Origin: Octopus sinensis
Lineage: Eukaryota
NCBI RefSeq assembly: GCF_006345805.1
Contig: NC_042997.1
Span: 44,268,001-44,332,000 of the forward strand
DNA length: 64,000 bases
Direction of reading: 5' to 3'
Below are positions 51,534 to 62,965 of this stretch, piece after piece (position 1 is the first letter of the stretch; every line of letters starts with the position of its first letter). The notes beneath the pieces are model-generated. The model was not told the origin of the DNA, made no database searches, and worked only from the letters and a program-made list of their open reading frames with translations. A program made the translations under genes and the position numbers.

Positions 51534-51560
<27 letters not shown>
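50180..51560. repeat. Tandem duplication, approx. 700-bp unit
   Basis: SINE A head, unique segment and (CAT)n(CAG)n repeated at 50180-50840 and 50883-51560. Confidence 0.9.
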
Positions 51561-51561
<1 letters not shown>

Positions 51562-51564
<3 letters not shown>

Positions 51565-51775
51565 GTTAATCCAAACAAGAAAGCACAAAAAAACACAACC
51601 ACGCGAAGACGTGGAACAAATATAGTATTATTGGACGCTCAGGAAAGAAGGAAAGAAGGAAGGTTTAACGTTTCGAGCGGAGCTCTTCGTCGGAAACATA
51701 GGTGAAGGAAAGATCCAGAGAAGGGAAGACAGAGGAAAAAAATCGCCAACGGTACACACGAGGTCACACACACAC

Positions 51776-51806
<31 letters not shown>

Positions 51807-51809
51807 TAT

Positions 51810-51854
<45 letters not shown>

Positions 51855-52292
51855 GATATATATATATGTCTATGTATGTATGTATGTATGTATGTTTCTA
51901 TTTATCTATCTGGCCTTGCTGAAGATTAAAATGGCATCGTTTTTTTTTTTATTGTTTTACGTGTTTTCAGTCATGTGGCTGCAGCCATGTTGGAGCACTG
52001 CCATTCGTCGAACAAATTGACCACAGGATTTATTCTTTGTAGCCTAGTACTTATTCTGTCAGTGTCTTTGGCCGAACTGCTAAGTTATGGGAACATAAAC
52101 AGAGCAACATCGGCTGTGAAGCAATGGTGGGGTAAAAACACAGACAGATAGACAGACACATGCACACACACACGCGCACACACACGCGCACACATGCATG
52201 CAAATATACACATATATAAACAGACTTTTTGCAGTTTTCATGTACAAAATCCACTCATTAGGCTTTGGTTGACCTGAGGCTATAATATATAT

Positions 52293-52334
<42 letters not shown>

Positions 52335-52637
52335 TATATATTATATATATATATCCATATATATATCCACATGCACACACACCACACACACACACACACA
52401 TTCACATATATACATATATATATATAATATATATACAGTTAATCCAAACAAGAAAGCACAAAAAAACACAACCACGCGAAGACGTGGAACAAATATAGTA
52501 TTATTGGACGCTCAGGAAAGAAGGAAAGAAGGAAGGTTTAACGTTTCGAGCGGAGCTCTTCGTCGGAAACATAGGTGAAGGAAAGATCCAGAGAAGGGAA
52601 GACAGAGGAAAAAAATCGCCAACGGTACACACGAGGT

Positions 52638-52693
<56 letters not shown>

Positions 52694-53129
52694 ATATATA
52701 GATATATATATATATATATATGTCTATGTATGTATGTATGTATGTTTCTATTTATCTATCTGGCCTTGCTGAAGATTAAAATGGCATCGTTTTTTTTTAT
52801 TGTTTTACGTGTTTTCAGTCATGTGGCTGCAGCCATGTTGGAGCACTGCCATTCGTCGAACAAATTGACCACAGGATTTATTCTTTGTAAGCCTAGTACT
52901 TATTCTGTCAGTGTCTTTGGCCGAACTGCTAAGTTATGGGAACATAAACAGAGCAACATCGGCTGTGAAGCAATGGTGGGGGTAAAAACACAGACAGATA
53001 GACAGACACATGCACACACACACGCGCACACACACGCGCACACATGCATGCAAATATACACATATATAAACAGACTTTTTGCAGTTTTCATGTACAAAAT
53101 CCACTCATTAGGCTTTGGTTGACCTGAGG

Positions 53130-53168
<39 letters not shown>

Positions 53169-53215
53169 TATCCATATATATATCCACATGCACACACACA
53201 CACACACATACAGAT
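51562..53215. repeat. Tandem duplication, approx. 870-bp unit (hammerhead element plus diverged SINE A)
   Basis: 51562-52330 is repeated at 52435-53210. Confidence 0.9.
51663..51697 (-). ncRNA. Minimal hammerhead, U4C variant (duplicate at 52536-52570)
   Basis: GTTT CCGACGA A GAGC-TCC-GCTC GAA AC/GT T AAAC. Confidence 0.7.
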
Positions 53216-53279
53216 ACCTATCTATATATATATACATCCATATGTATATATATATGCATATATACATATATTTATATAT

Positions 53280-54120
53280 ATATATATATTGATAAAACGG
53301 TAAGATAACAAAAGAAAGAAAGAGACCTCAATATTATGTAAATAGAGGAAATTTATCTATACAATATGTTACATTACTCGGTAGTCAAGATAAAACTCTG
53401 AGTTTCAGATGCCGAAGTGGAAATCCACAACACCATCTCTTCGGTTATCTGGCTATTTGAAAACGTTATGAAAAAATACCGTTAAAAATGAAGGGAAATT
53501 ACTCTGTTATAACTCTGCTTTGCCTGCGTACTTAACATCGCTCGCGTTTTTCGTCATAAAAATTATATAAAAATACATAAAAATATATAAAAATATATAA
53601 AAATATATAAAATCTTCTTGGGACATAACACAGAAAGCATGTTCTATCCGTTTTCTTTAGGGGACCAAAAACGTAACAGAAATTTAGTCACATGTGGGCA
53701 TGATCCGAAAAGCTCTGTCCTTGTATTTAGACATGTGGTAGGGTCTAAGCTGCTTTTCCAGATAAGCCATCTCTCCATGTCGCATAAACCGCACCTTCCG
53801 CTGCCGTTAGTGTAGGGCTTACATCTGGCCAAAATCTTCCATTGTATGTTATAATCGACACCTTTATCTCTTAAAGACCAAATATGATTGGATAATTGTG
53901 TCGCTTTTCTTTTGTTCCAGTGCCTAAAGCTCAAAGTGTGTTATGAACCTGGCCTTGAAATTACCCTCTGTCAGGCCACGTATTTCTCGTCGAAACGGTG
54001 TCTTTAGTGGTTATAGAGTTTACGGTAGCTTCATATATGATGGTGTGGTGGATTTCCACTTCGGCATCTGAAACTCAGAGTTTTATCTTGACTACCGAGT
54101 AATGTAACATATTGTATAGA
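53280..54120 (-). mobile_element. Penelope-like element 4 (GIY-YIG end only) with inverted partial pLTR
   Basis: GLTEGNFKARF..SFRHWNKRKATQLSNHIWSL..WKILARCKPY..CGLCDMER..LNTRTELFGSCPH; 54040-54120 is the reverse complement of 53357-53437. Confidence 0.9.
53389..53449 (-). ncRNA. Type I hammerhead, U4C variant, long stem II
   Basis: GATAA CCGAAGA GATG..GTGGA-TT-TCCAC..CATC T GAA ACT-CAG-AGT T TTATC. Confidence 0.65.
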
Positions 54121-54150
54121 TATATATATATATATATATATATATTATGT

Positions 54151-55149
54151 TGTTACGGAATCCCACCTGCCGTCGCTCAAACTCTTTGGGAAAAAACCCG
54201 GGACCCTACCAAGTCGAGCGACGACGATTTACCGGCCTGATCGATCGGCGAACTCACCACAGAACCCAGAGAGAGAGAGAGAATTCGGTGGAGGAAAAGG
54301 ACTGGCGACTGGAGATACCAACAACAACAACAGGAGGAAGAGACACAAAGAGAGATGGCAGAAGGCAATTGGCTACATTTAACAACAGTTTATAACAATC
54401 ATTACAACATCAAATAAATCAAAGATACATCAGGTATACATTAAAGAAAACAACAAATCAAAGCATTTAAACATGCAGATACAGTTCAATATATTTCAGA
54501 TCAATTAATGTTCACAATACAGTCCAATGTTCAAATCACAACAGTTCAATACATTAAAGTCTTTCTCTTTCTTTTACAACACGTATCAACACAATTCACA
54601 TTGTTCTTTATAATCTCTGTTCATTTCTTTTCTTCCTCTTTTCCTTAATTCACAGTTCTTTTCACATATCAAAGATAAACAACACATACCGTTTCAATAG
54701 CCGTGCCTTCTATCCGCCGTAATCCCTCCTTCGCTCTCAGTACTCTGTGTATGTCTTTCTCAACCTCTCATCCTCTCACTGTCTGCCTGTTGTTCTCAAC
54801 ACTTTCACTGTCACTCTCTCGCCTGTCATCCCTAAGATTGTCTGTCGGTCTTTTTCAACTGACCGCCTCCTCCGGCCTCTTTTGCTGTCTCAACAGAACT
54901 CCTCAACTGCCCTGTTACCAACTCACTGTCTCCGGCCGAACTGTCACAAACTCACAGCTCGTCGCTTTTTAAAGGGTAGCTTCCTTGACCCTTCTTTGAC
55001 CTGGTAAAGGGTAGAGGTCTTTCTGAAACCCATTACTCTTTCATGAATCTGACAGAACAAAGGACAATAACTTTAGATTCCAGACTTTCAGACTACAAAC
55101 GAGCAAAGTAGGTCATAGCAGTTGTTTCCTAGTTGACCTACTCATAACA
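54151..55149. mobile_element. Probable solo LTR in (TA)n
   Basis: TGTTAC...TAACA termini (TG..CA with short inverted ends), approx. 1 kb, non-coding; no clean TSD seen. Confidence 0.55.
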
Positions 55150-55382
55150 ATATATATATATATATATATATATACATACATATATATATATTCATATGTA
55201 TATATGAATATATGCATATATATATATACATACATATATATATACATATATATGTATATACAAATATATATAGATATATACATGCATATATATACGCACA
55301 TACATACACATATATAAAAATATATATATAAAAATATATATATACATATATATATACATGTATATATACTTTATTTTGCTAG

Positions 55383-55432
55383 CAAAAACTCTCCGACGAA
55401 CGGGAACGTGAAACTCAGAGTAACAGGTTTTG
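55383..55432 (+). ncRNA. Type I hammerhead, U4C variant, degraded stem I, in a (TA)n-flanked element
   Basis: CCGACGA ACG-GGAA-CGT GAA ACT-CAG-AGT A ACAGGTTTTG. Confidence 0.55.
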
Positions 55433-55844
55433 TTGAATTTTCTGCTGCTTTTAAATAAAGCATATTACTCTACCCCTGGTATTTGAGTACTCTTTTTTTC
55501 CACCTTGTTTCACATTTATGTGTTTACTCCAGTACATCTATATATGTATATATATATGTATACACACATTTGTATATATACATATACAAACATATATATA
55601 TATACATATACACACATATATATATACATAAACATATACACACACATATACATATATATATCTATATATATACATACATAGATATATATATACTCACATA
55701 TATACATACATATATATGCATATATATATATGTATTTATATCAATAATTAAGAGTAAAATCAATTAGTTATTAATTAATTTCACCAAGTAGTGTTCAGTA
55801 TGTAAAAGGGCCATTCAAGGCGTATTCAAAATATTACGTTATAT

Positions 55845-56285
55845 AATTAGGGCTCTGTAAAATAATTTACTTTGCCACATACTGAAATTTACGTGGATGG
55901 AAGTGGGAAGAACATTAAATCTTCACTAGTACTGTTTGAATTCGCTGGCACTGGCAGTTTGGAAGTGTTTGTCTGAGGTGATCGGACGGGTATGTTCATT
56001 TTTTTAGTGCTTTCAAATCCAAAATTAAGAAATGTTGAGCTGACGATAGAAATGTCGAGTTTTAATTCGGCTAATCTTGAAACGTGAGCGTACTCGATTA
56101 ATCTTTGTACATGTGATATTTTGCTGTTTTCCCTCCATATCTACATGAATTATTTTTGAGTAAATACTATCTAGGAGACTTTTCTTAAAAGTAGTGGAAA
56201 TGGCTTAAAAAACTTTTTGGCTGCTATTTCTAAAGATTTCAGTATGTGGCAAAGTAAATTATTTTACCGAGCCCTAATTATATGT
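55845..56285. mobile_element. pLTR-like element with approx. 45-bp terminal inverted repeats
   Basis: tataattagggctc.gtaaaataatttactttgccacatactgaaa and its reverse complement at about 56237-56283. Confidence 0.72.
56035..56097 (+). ncRNA. Type I hammerhead with canonical core and three stems
   Basis: TTGAG CTGACGA T AGA..GTCGAG-TTTTAA-TTCGGC..TCT T GAA ACG-TGAG-CGT A CTCGA. Confidence 0.75.
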
Positions 56286-56361
56286 ATTTATATATATATA
56301 TATATATAATATATTTAAATATATATATATATTTAAATATATATATATATATATATATGTA

Positions 56362-56515
56362 TCTCTCCTTGTTTTTTCTGCGTCTCTTTCTGTAGGAGAG
56401 CGTAGGCTCGAAATATAATAGACTTTTTCTATTCCTGAGCGTTATACTAATACATCTATTTGTTTTGTACACCACCTGTCTTCATCTTTTGATTTTTTCG
56501 TAAACTCTCCCTATA
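56362..56515 (+). mobile_element. Small (TA)n-flanked element with a decayed hammerhead at 56386-56421
   Basis: CTTT CTGTAGG A GAGC-GTAG-GCTC GAAATAT A ATAG; relative of 36790-36965. Confidence 0.55.
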
Positions 56516-56566
56516 TATATATAAATACTCTTATATACATACATATACATATATACATACACATAT

Positions 56567-56603
<37 letters not shown>

Positions 56604-56606
<3 letters not shown>

Positions 56607-57015
56607 TTTTTTACTCTTTTACTTGTTTCAGTCATCTGACTGCGGCCATGCTGGAGCACCGCCTTTAATCGAGCAACTCAACCCCGGGACTTATTCTTTG
56701 TAAGCCCAGTACTTATTCTATCGGTCTCTTTTGCCGAACTGCTAAGTTACGGGGACGCAAACACACCAGCATCGGTTGTCAAGCAATGCTAGGGGGACAA
56801 ACACAGACACACAAACATACACACACATACATATATATATATACATATATACAACAGGCTTCTTTCAGTTTCCGTCTACCAAATCCACTCACAAGGCATT
56901 GGTCGGCCCGAGGCTATAGTAGAAGACACTTGCCCAAGGTGCTACGCAGTGGGACTGAACCCGGAATCATGTGGTTGGTAAGCAAGCTACTTACCACGCA
57001 GCCACTCCTGCGCCT
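56604..57015 (-). mobile_element. SINE family A, full length
   Basis: Family consensus. Confidence 0.92.
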
Positions 57016-57069
57016 ATATATATACATATATATACATAAGTATACATATATATATACATATATACATAT

Positions 57070-60000
57070 ATACGGGTGTGTATGTTCTACCTGAGAGGTT
57101 CCTGCTGGCATGGAAAGGAAGGTGCAGGCTGCCGCTTTGCACATCGGGGACCCTGCCACAGAGACACGAGGCAGATGGACAAACCATCAACACAAAGAAA
57201 AGGGATGGACCACGCACCACCTGCCCCAAAGCGGAGGTACGCAGATGTTGTGCGCGCCACAAACAGCCAACATGATGTTGTCAAAAGAGCAGCTGCTGAG
57301 CAACAATCTTTTTGTGGCATGGCACAAAAGATTGTACAGCAGCTGACCTGGCTTCATCAAACCAAGCCCGCAGGTGGGACTACCCACTATATACCAGACC
57401 ACCACAGCAAACAGACAGGATGGACACCGCCGGCAACAACGTACACCTCACCTCGATACTCCTACTGAACATCAGAGGACTGCAAACACTCAGTAACAGG
57501 ACAAAGATCCCGTTCCTGAGAGACTTTGTTGCATGCAATCAAGCCTTATGCATAGCACTTACAGAAACGCACCTGAAACCGGACATAGCAGATGCGGATT
57601 TACACATACCACAGTATGCTGTACTACGGACCGACAGGAAAGAAAGGAGTCATGGAGGTGTTGCTATGTACATCCGTGAGGACCTCACACCCCAGGTCCT
57701 CTTGTCATACTCAAACTCGGTGTGTGACACACTAATTGTACATATTAGGCAACTTGATGTAGTTGTGTGTGCTACATATCGCCCTCCAGATGCCCCAAGC
57801 CATGTGGGCAAGTTTGAAGACTGCCTTATAAAAATAGAAGAAATTCTAACCACATTAGAACAACACATAGGTGTGCTTCTTATGGGAGACTTCAATCTGC
57901 CCAATGTCAGATGGCCCGAGGGCCTTTCTCTCCCAGGAATGACAAGATGTGAACGAGGACAGCGAGGTCCCTCCTGAACTCATCAACACCGTGTACATGG
58001 AGCAGTAATACTCCAACCAACCAGGGCAGGTAACACACTGGATCTCTGCTTCACAAATGACATGGATCTCATCCATAATGTGAAAGTGACACCGACACTA
58101 CTCTCGGATCACAACATGATAGAGCTGACCATGTACTGGCCAAAAGAGAGCACGGACATGCAGCCTACAAGAAACCCTCAAAATCTTTCCAGCTTGAACT
58201 ACCATAAGGCAAACTGGAAACAAATTGAGAAAGAGATCCCTCAAACAAAACTGGCCTAAATGTCTCTCCTCGCCAGACATCGACGTGAAACTTCAACAAT
58301 TCATGTCTGTATGCAAGCCATATGCTACAAATGTGTCCCAGAGAGAAAGGCCACTGTACACAAGAACAAAATCCCCAGAGAGAGGAAAATTTTAATGAGA
58401 CGGCATACAAAATTTTCAAATCGCCTAAACAAACAGATTGAAGCAGTGAAAAGTCCCGCCTAAAAATAAAACTGTTGGAAATCGAAAAATGTCTGCAACT
58501 CTCCCATGAAAAAGAAAGAGCAGACAAAGAAGCCTGGGCTATAGAAAACATAAAATCTAACCCCAGAGCTTTCTACAGGTATGCCAAAGAAACAGCTACA
58601 GTGCACTGTAGAATAGGGCCACTCCTCGAAAAGGATGGCACACTTACAGGAAAACCAATGAGGGTAAGTGAAATACTGAGAGCAATTCAAGAGTGTTTTC
58701 ACTCACCCCTTGGGCATCTCCAAATCACCAATCCAACTGACTTTTTTACCACTGCAGATATAAAATCAGAGGCGGCGACGATAGATTACATCGAACCAAG
58801 GCTATAGATGAAATGAAAACAGACTCAGCTACTGGCCCCGATGGATTCCCGGCAATCCTCCTAAAAGCATGTAAGAGAGTCCTAGCAAGACCACTGCAGT
58901 TCCTCTTTCAGAGCTTCCTTGCAGCTGGCAAACTTCCAGGAAAACTGAAGGAAGGTAAAATATGCCCCATTCATAAAGGAGGTAGCAGAGCGGAAGCCAA
59001 GAACTATAGACCTATCTCTCTGACCTCACACATCAGCAAGGTCATGGAACGAATAGTCAGAAGGAAGCTGATCACCTTCCTTGAAGAGAATGACTTGCTG
59101 CCCGACACCCAACATGGTTTCCGACCAGGGAGAAGCTGTTTTACTCAGCTCCTACAACACTATGACTGGGTGCTGAAACGGCTGCTCAACCACTCAAATG
59201 TGGAAGTGATATATCTCGACTTTGCAAAGGCCTTTGATAAAGTCGATCATGGAATGATATGTCACAAACTGCGTGATCTCAACATAGTTGGAAAACTGGG
59301 AGAAATGGCTCATGACTTCTGAAGGATAGAAGTCAGGTGGTAGTAGCCAATGGGGCCACCTCCATTAACACACAATAGTGAGCGGTGTTCCGCAGGGCAC
59401 TGTTCTGGGACCACTACTGTTCATAATGGCCCTCTCAGACATGCCCTCAGCCACGCAGAGAGCCACGATCACAAGTTATGCAGATGATACAAAAGTTTCA
59501 CAGGCAATACAGAACCCTGAGACACAACACCTGCAATGTGAGCTGGACGAAATATACAAGTGGGCTGAAAAGAATAGCATGCAGTTCAATGCTGGAAAGT
59601 TTCAAGCTTTATACTATCAGCATGCAAAACTGAATGCAATACCCAATGAATACACTGGACCCGAGGATTGCAATCCCAGAGGCACAATCAGTGCGTGACC
59701 TGGGTATTCACATGAGTGATGACGCGACCTTTCATGTACATGTTGCTAAACTGACAATGAAATGTAGACGGCTGGCTGGATGGATTCTTAGAACCTTTAG
59801 AACAAGAACAAAAAACCATGATGGTCCTCTGGAAGACACTTGTCCTAAGCCACTTTGACTATTGCTCTCAGCTATGGTCACCATCCAGTGTCAAGTTGAT
59901 CACAGAACTTGAGGCGATCCAACGAAGCTACACAAAGAAGATAGCCTCTATGCAGAATGTAAGCTACTGGGAAAGACTCAAGATTAAAATTATATTCTCT

Positions 60001-60457
60001 GGAGCGTAGGCGGGAAAGATATGCCATAATATACATCTGGAAGATCCTGGAGGGAAGTGTCCTGAACTTTGGCATCGAGAGTTACGCAATGCCAGAACTG
60101 GGCACCACTGCGTGGTGCCTAGACTCCAACCTGCCATCAAGATGTAGGACAAGATTCTGTGATAGCCTGGGCTTCCGAGGCCCACAGCTCTTCAATATCC
60201 TCCCGAAGAACTGAGAGACCTGCATGGGGTGGATACAGATGTCTTTAAAATGAAGCTGGATCTCTTCCTGTCAGGTGTCCCAGATGAACCAACTTCACAG
60301 CAGGAGGGGCAGATGAGGGCAGCTGCATCGAACTCTCTCATGCACCAAATAGCAGTTGCTAGAAAGCCTCCATGAAGTGAAACCAAGTAGCAACACAAAT
60401 GGCGGTGCCCCAGCATGGCACAGCTCATAAGCTGAAACTAGAATCAATCAATCAATC
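57070..60457 (+). mobile_element. CR1-group LINE: partial ORF1 plus ORF2 (APE endonuclease and RT) with multiple frameshifts/stops
   Basis: LLNIRGL, ALTETHL, GGVAMYI, MGDFNLP (APE); NYRPISLTS, YLDFAKAFDKVDH, SGVPQGTVLGPLLF, YADDTK (RT); (AATC)n tail. Confidence 0.95.
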
Positions 60458-60602
60458 ATATGCACATAAATGCACATAAAAATATATACATATACAAGCA
60501 TGCATATGCATACATATATATATATAATATATTATAATATAATTATAGTATATATATTATATATAATTTTATATATTTATATATATTATATATATAATAT
60601 AT

Positions 60603-60760
60603 ATCATCATCGTCGTTTAACGTCCGTTCTCCATGCTAGCATGGTTGGACGGTTCGACCGGGGTTCTGGAAGCCAGAAGGCTGCACCAGGCTCCAGTCTA
60701 ATCTGGCAATGTTTCTACAGCTGGATGCCCTTCCTAACGCCAACCACTCCGTGAGTGTAG
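60603..60760 (-). mobile_element. RTE-LINE 3' tail fragment
   Basis: Family tail. Confidence 0.85.
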
Positions 60761-62399
60761 TTATATATATATATATATATATATAAAGATAGAAATATAT
60801 ACATATATAAACTTGCATATAAACATATAGTGAGAGTAATATATATATACATAGTGAAACTATTAAAACTGAAAGTATTATCTCACATTACAATAGAGAT
60901 GTTATTGTTTCACTTTTGATGCATAATACTGAAATAGTGTAAGAGATTGCTCTGGGATCGCATTAGGCATGAAGTTGAAAATTTCCATGGCCCATGACAC
61001 TGCATCGATGCAAGGCATGTGCATAATTTGAATGAAATTGGTTGGGTAGTTGTCAAGTTTTAGTGATGCACACATACAGACCCAACACAACACACACACA
61101 CACACACACACACATCTTATTCAGCCTATTCAAGTCCACTTACGAAGCATTTCTTGGCCAAAAGCTTATGGTAGAAGATACTTACCCAAGGTGTTAGGCA
61201 GTAGATTTAATCTGAAAATATACAGTAACAAAACAAAGTTTTTGAAACCTCTCAGCTTCTGCCTATCTGTAACTTAAGATATTAATATATTGTGTGATGT
61301 GGCTGTGAGCTGGCAGAGTTGTTTGTAAACCAGGCAAAATACTTAGTGATATGTCATCTGTCTTCATGTTCTGTGTTCAAATTCCACTGTGGTCCATTTT
61401 GCCTTTTATCCTTTCAAGGTCATTGATAAAATAAGTACCAGTTGAGTACTGGGCCGATGTAATTGACTCAATCCCTTCCCTGAAATTGTTGGCATTGTGC
61501 CAAAATTTGAAACCAATATATCAATATATTGTGTAATGTTGACCAACTGAAATACGATATTAATCATGCAATCAGATATCAACCAAGATATTTCCACTTG
61601 AATAAGAACACTTTAGTGGTGGAGCTTTCAGGCAGGTTGGTTTTTAAAGGGTTATTCTTCTTCTAATTTTGTAATGACATATAAAGAATATAGGGTCAAT
61701 TATAGTCCAATGTATATAAATGTAACAGTTGATAGGATGTATGACAGATGTCAGGTCACCAAGATTATAGTGGGTGTATTGGTTATTTTCAAAGTCCATG
61801 AAATAAATGACAGAAGAAAATAATTGTTGAAATGACCTTTATTTTACTGTTACAATATAAAAACAACTCCCAGCAAGTTGTTGTTGTATAATGATTAGTA
61901 GAAGTGGTGTTGTCCATTTTGTAAGTAATTGTGTTCATCTGTAGGTGACTGCTGAGAGATTAAAGAAAGAAGAGAGAAAGAGTGAGAGAATTTACATCTC
62001 TGGGTTGGCAAGCAGAGAGAGTGAAAGTTGTTTGATTTCTCATTGACATTTTATGAGTGAAGTTCTAGAGAGACGTTCCTTCAGCAAATGCTCAAAGAGA
62101 GAGGGATATGCTCCTTTAGCAAAGTACCAGGGGAAAGACAAAGAATTGTGTTTGGGTTCAGTATTTATAATAGTTTCTTAACTAAATTAGGTCAGGCTAA
62201 ACAAAAGACACTTTCCTCTGTTATCTGGACTGAACTGGATTCATCCTAAGGATTTCCATGGAAACAATAAGATTTCCATAAGTAGGACTGTTAAATTTCT
62301 TAGTGAAAATGCTGAGAACAATGGAAAGGAGTTTACAGTAAAATCTAGACTAAGGTGTCAATTCCTGGTAAAGAACCAAGGAACCAATTCTCTTCACAC

Positions 62400-62447
<48 letters not shown>

Positions 62448-62737
62448 ACATGCATGAGTGTGTGTGTGTCTAGGAGCATCACATCATCCTACAGATGGTG
62501 AGTTAGCTTATAGCAACAGTTGGAAGTTTGTTTACACCAACACATGGAGCATTGATTACACCTATGTTTGGACTGCTGCTGCTACATAATGATAGGGAAT
62601 TTGAATGGGTTAATGGAACCTACATAACTGGACATTTCCCAGGCTTTGGGTCTGAAATATAAAGGTTTTATAAAACTTTCCACATTGTCAGAAGTTTTTT
62701 ATTCTCACTTTTTACTTTCTTCAAGATACATATATAC

Positions 62738-62769
<32 letters not shown>

Positions 62770-62784
62770 GTTCCCGGCATGGGA

Positions 62785-62965
62785 ACACTATGTTTAGGAA
62801 CACTGATGGGGTCGGGGGCGTGGGTATACTTCTTGCGGAGAAATGGGTAGATAAGGTAATCGAGGTAGTCAGAGTAAGTGATAGATTAGATTAGTGCTTC
62901 ACCATAGGTCATCTACCATCATCTCAGCATATGCCCCTCAACCAGGGCTACCGGAAGGACAGACA
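62785..62965 (+). mobile_element. RTE APE-endonuclease fragment
   Basis: NTDGVGGVGILLAEKWVDKVIEVVRVSDR..TIISAYAPQPGL. Confidence 0.8.
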
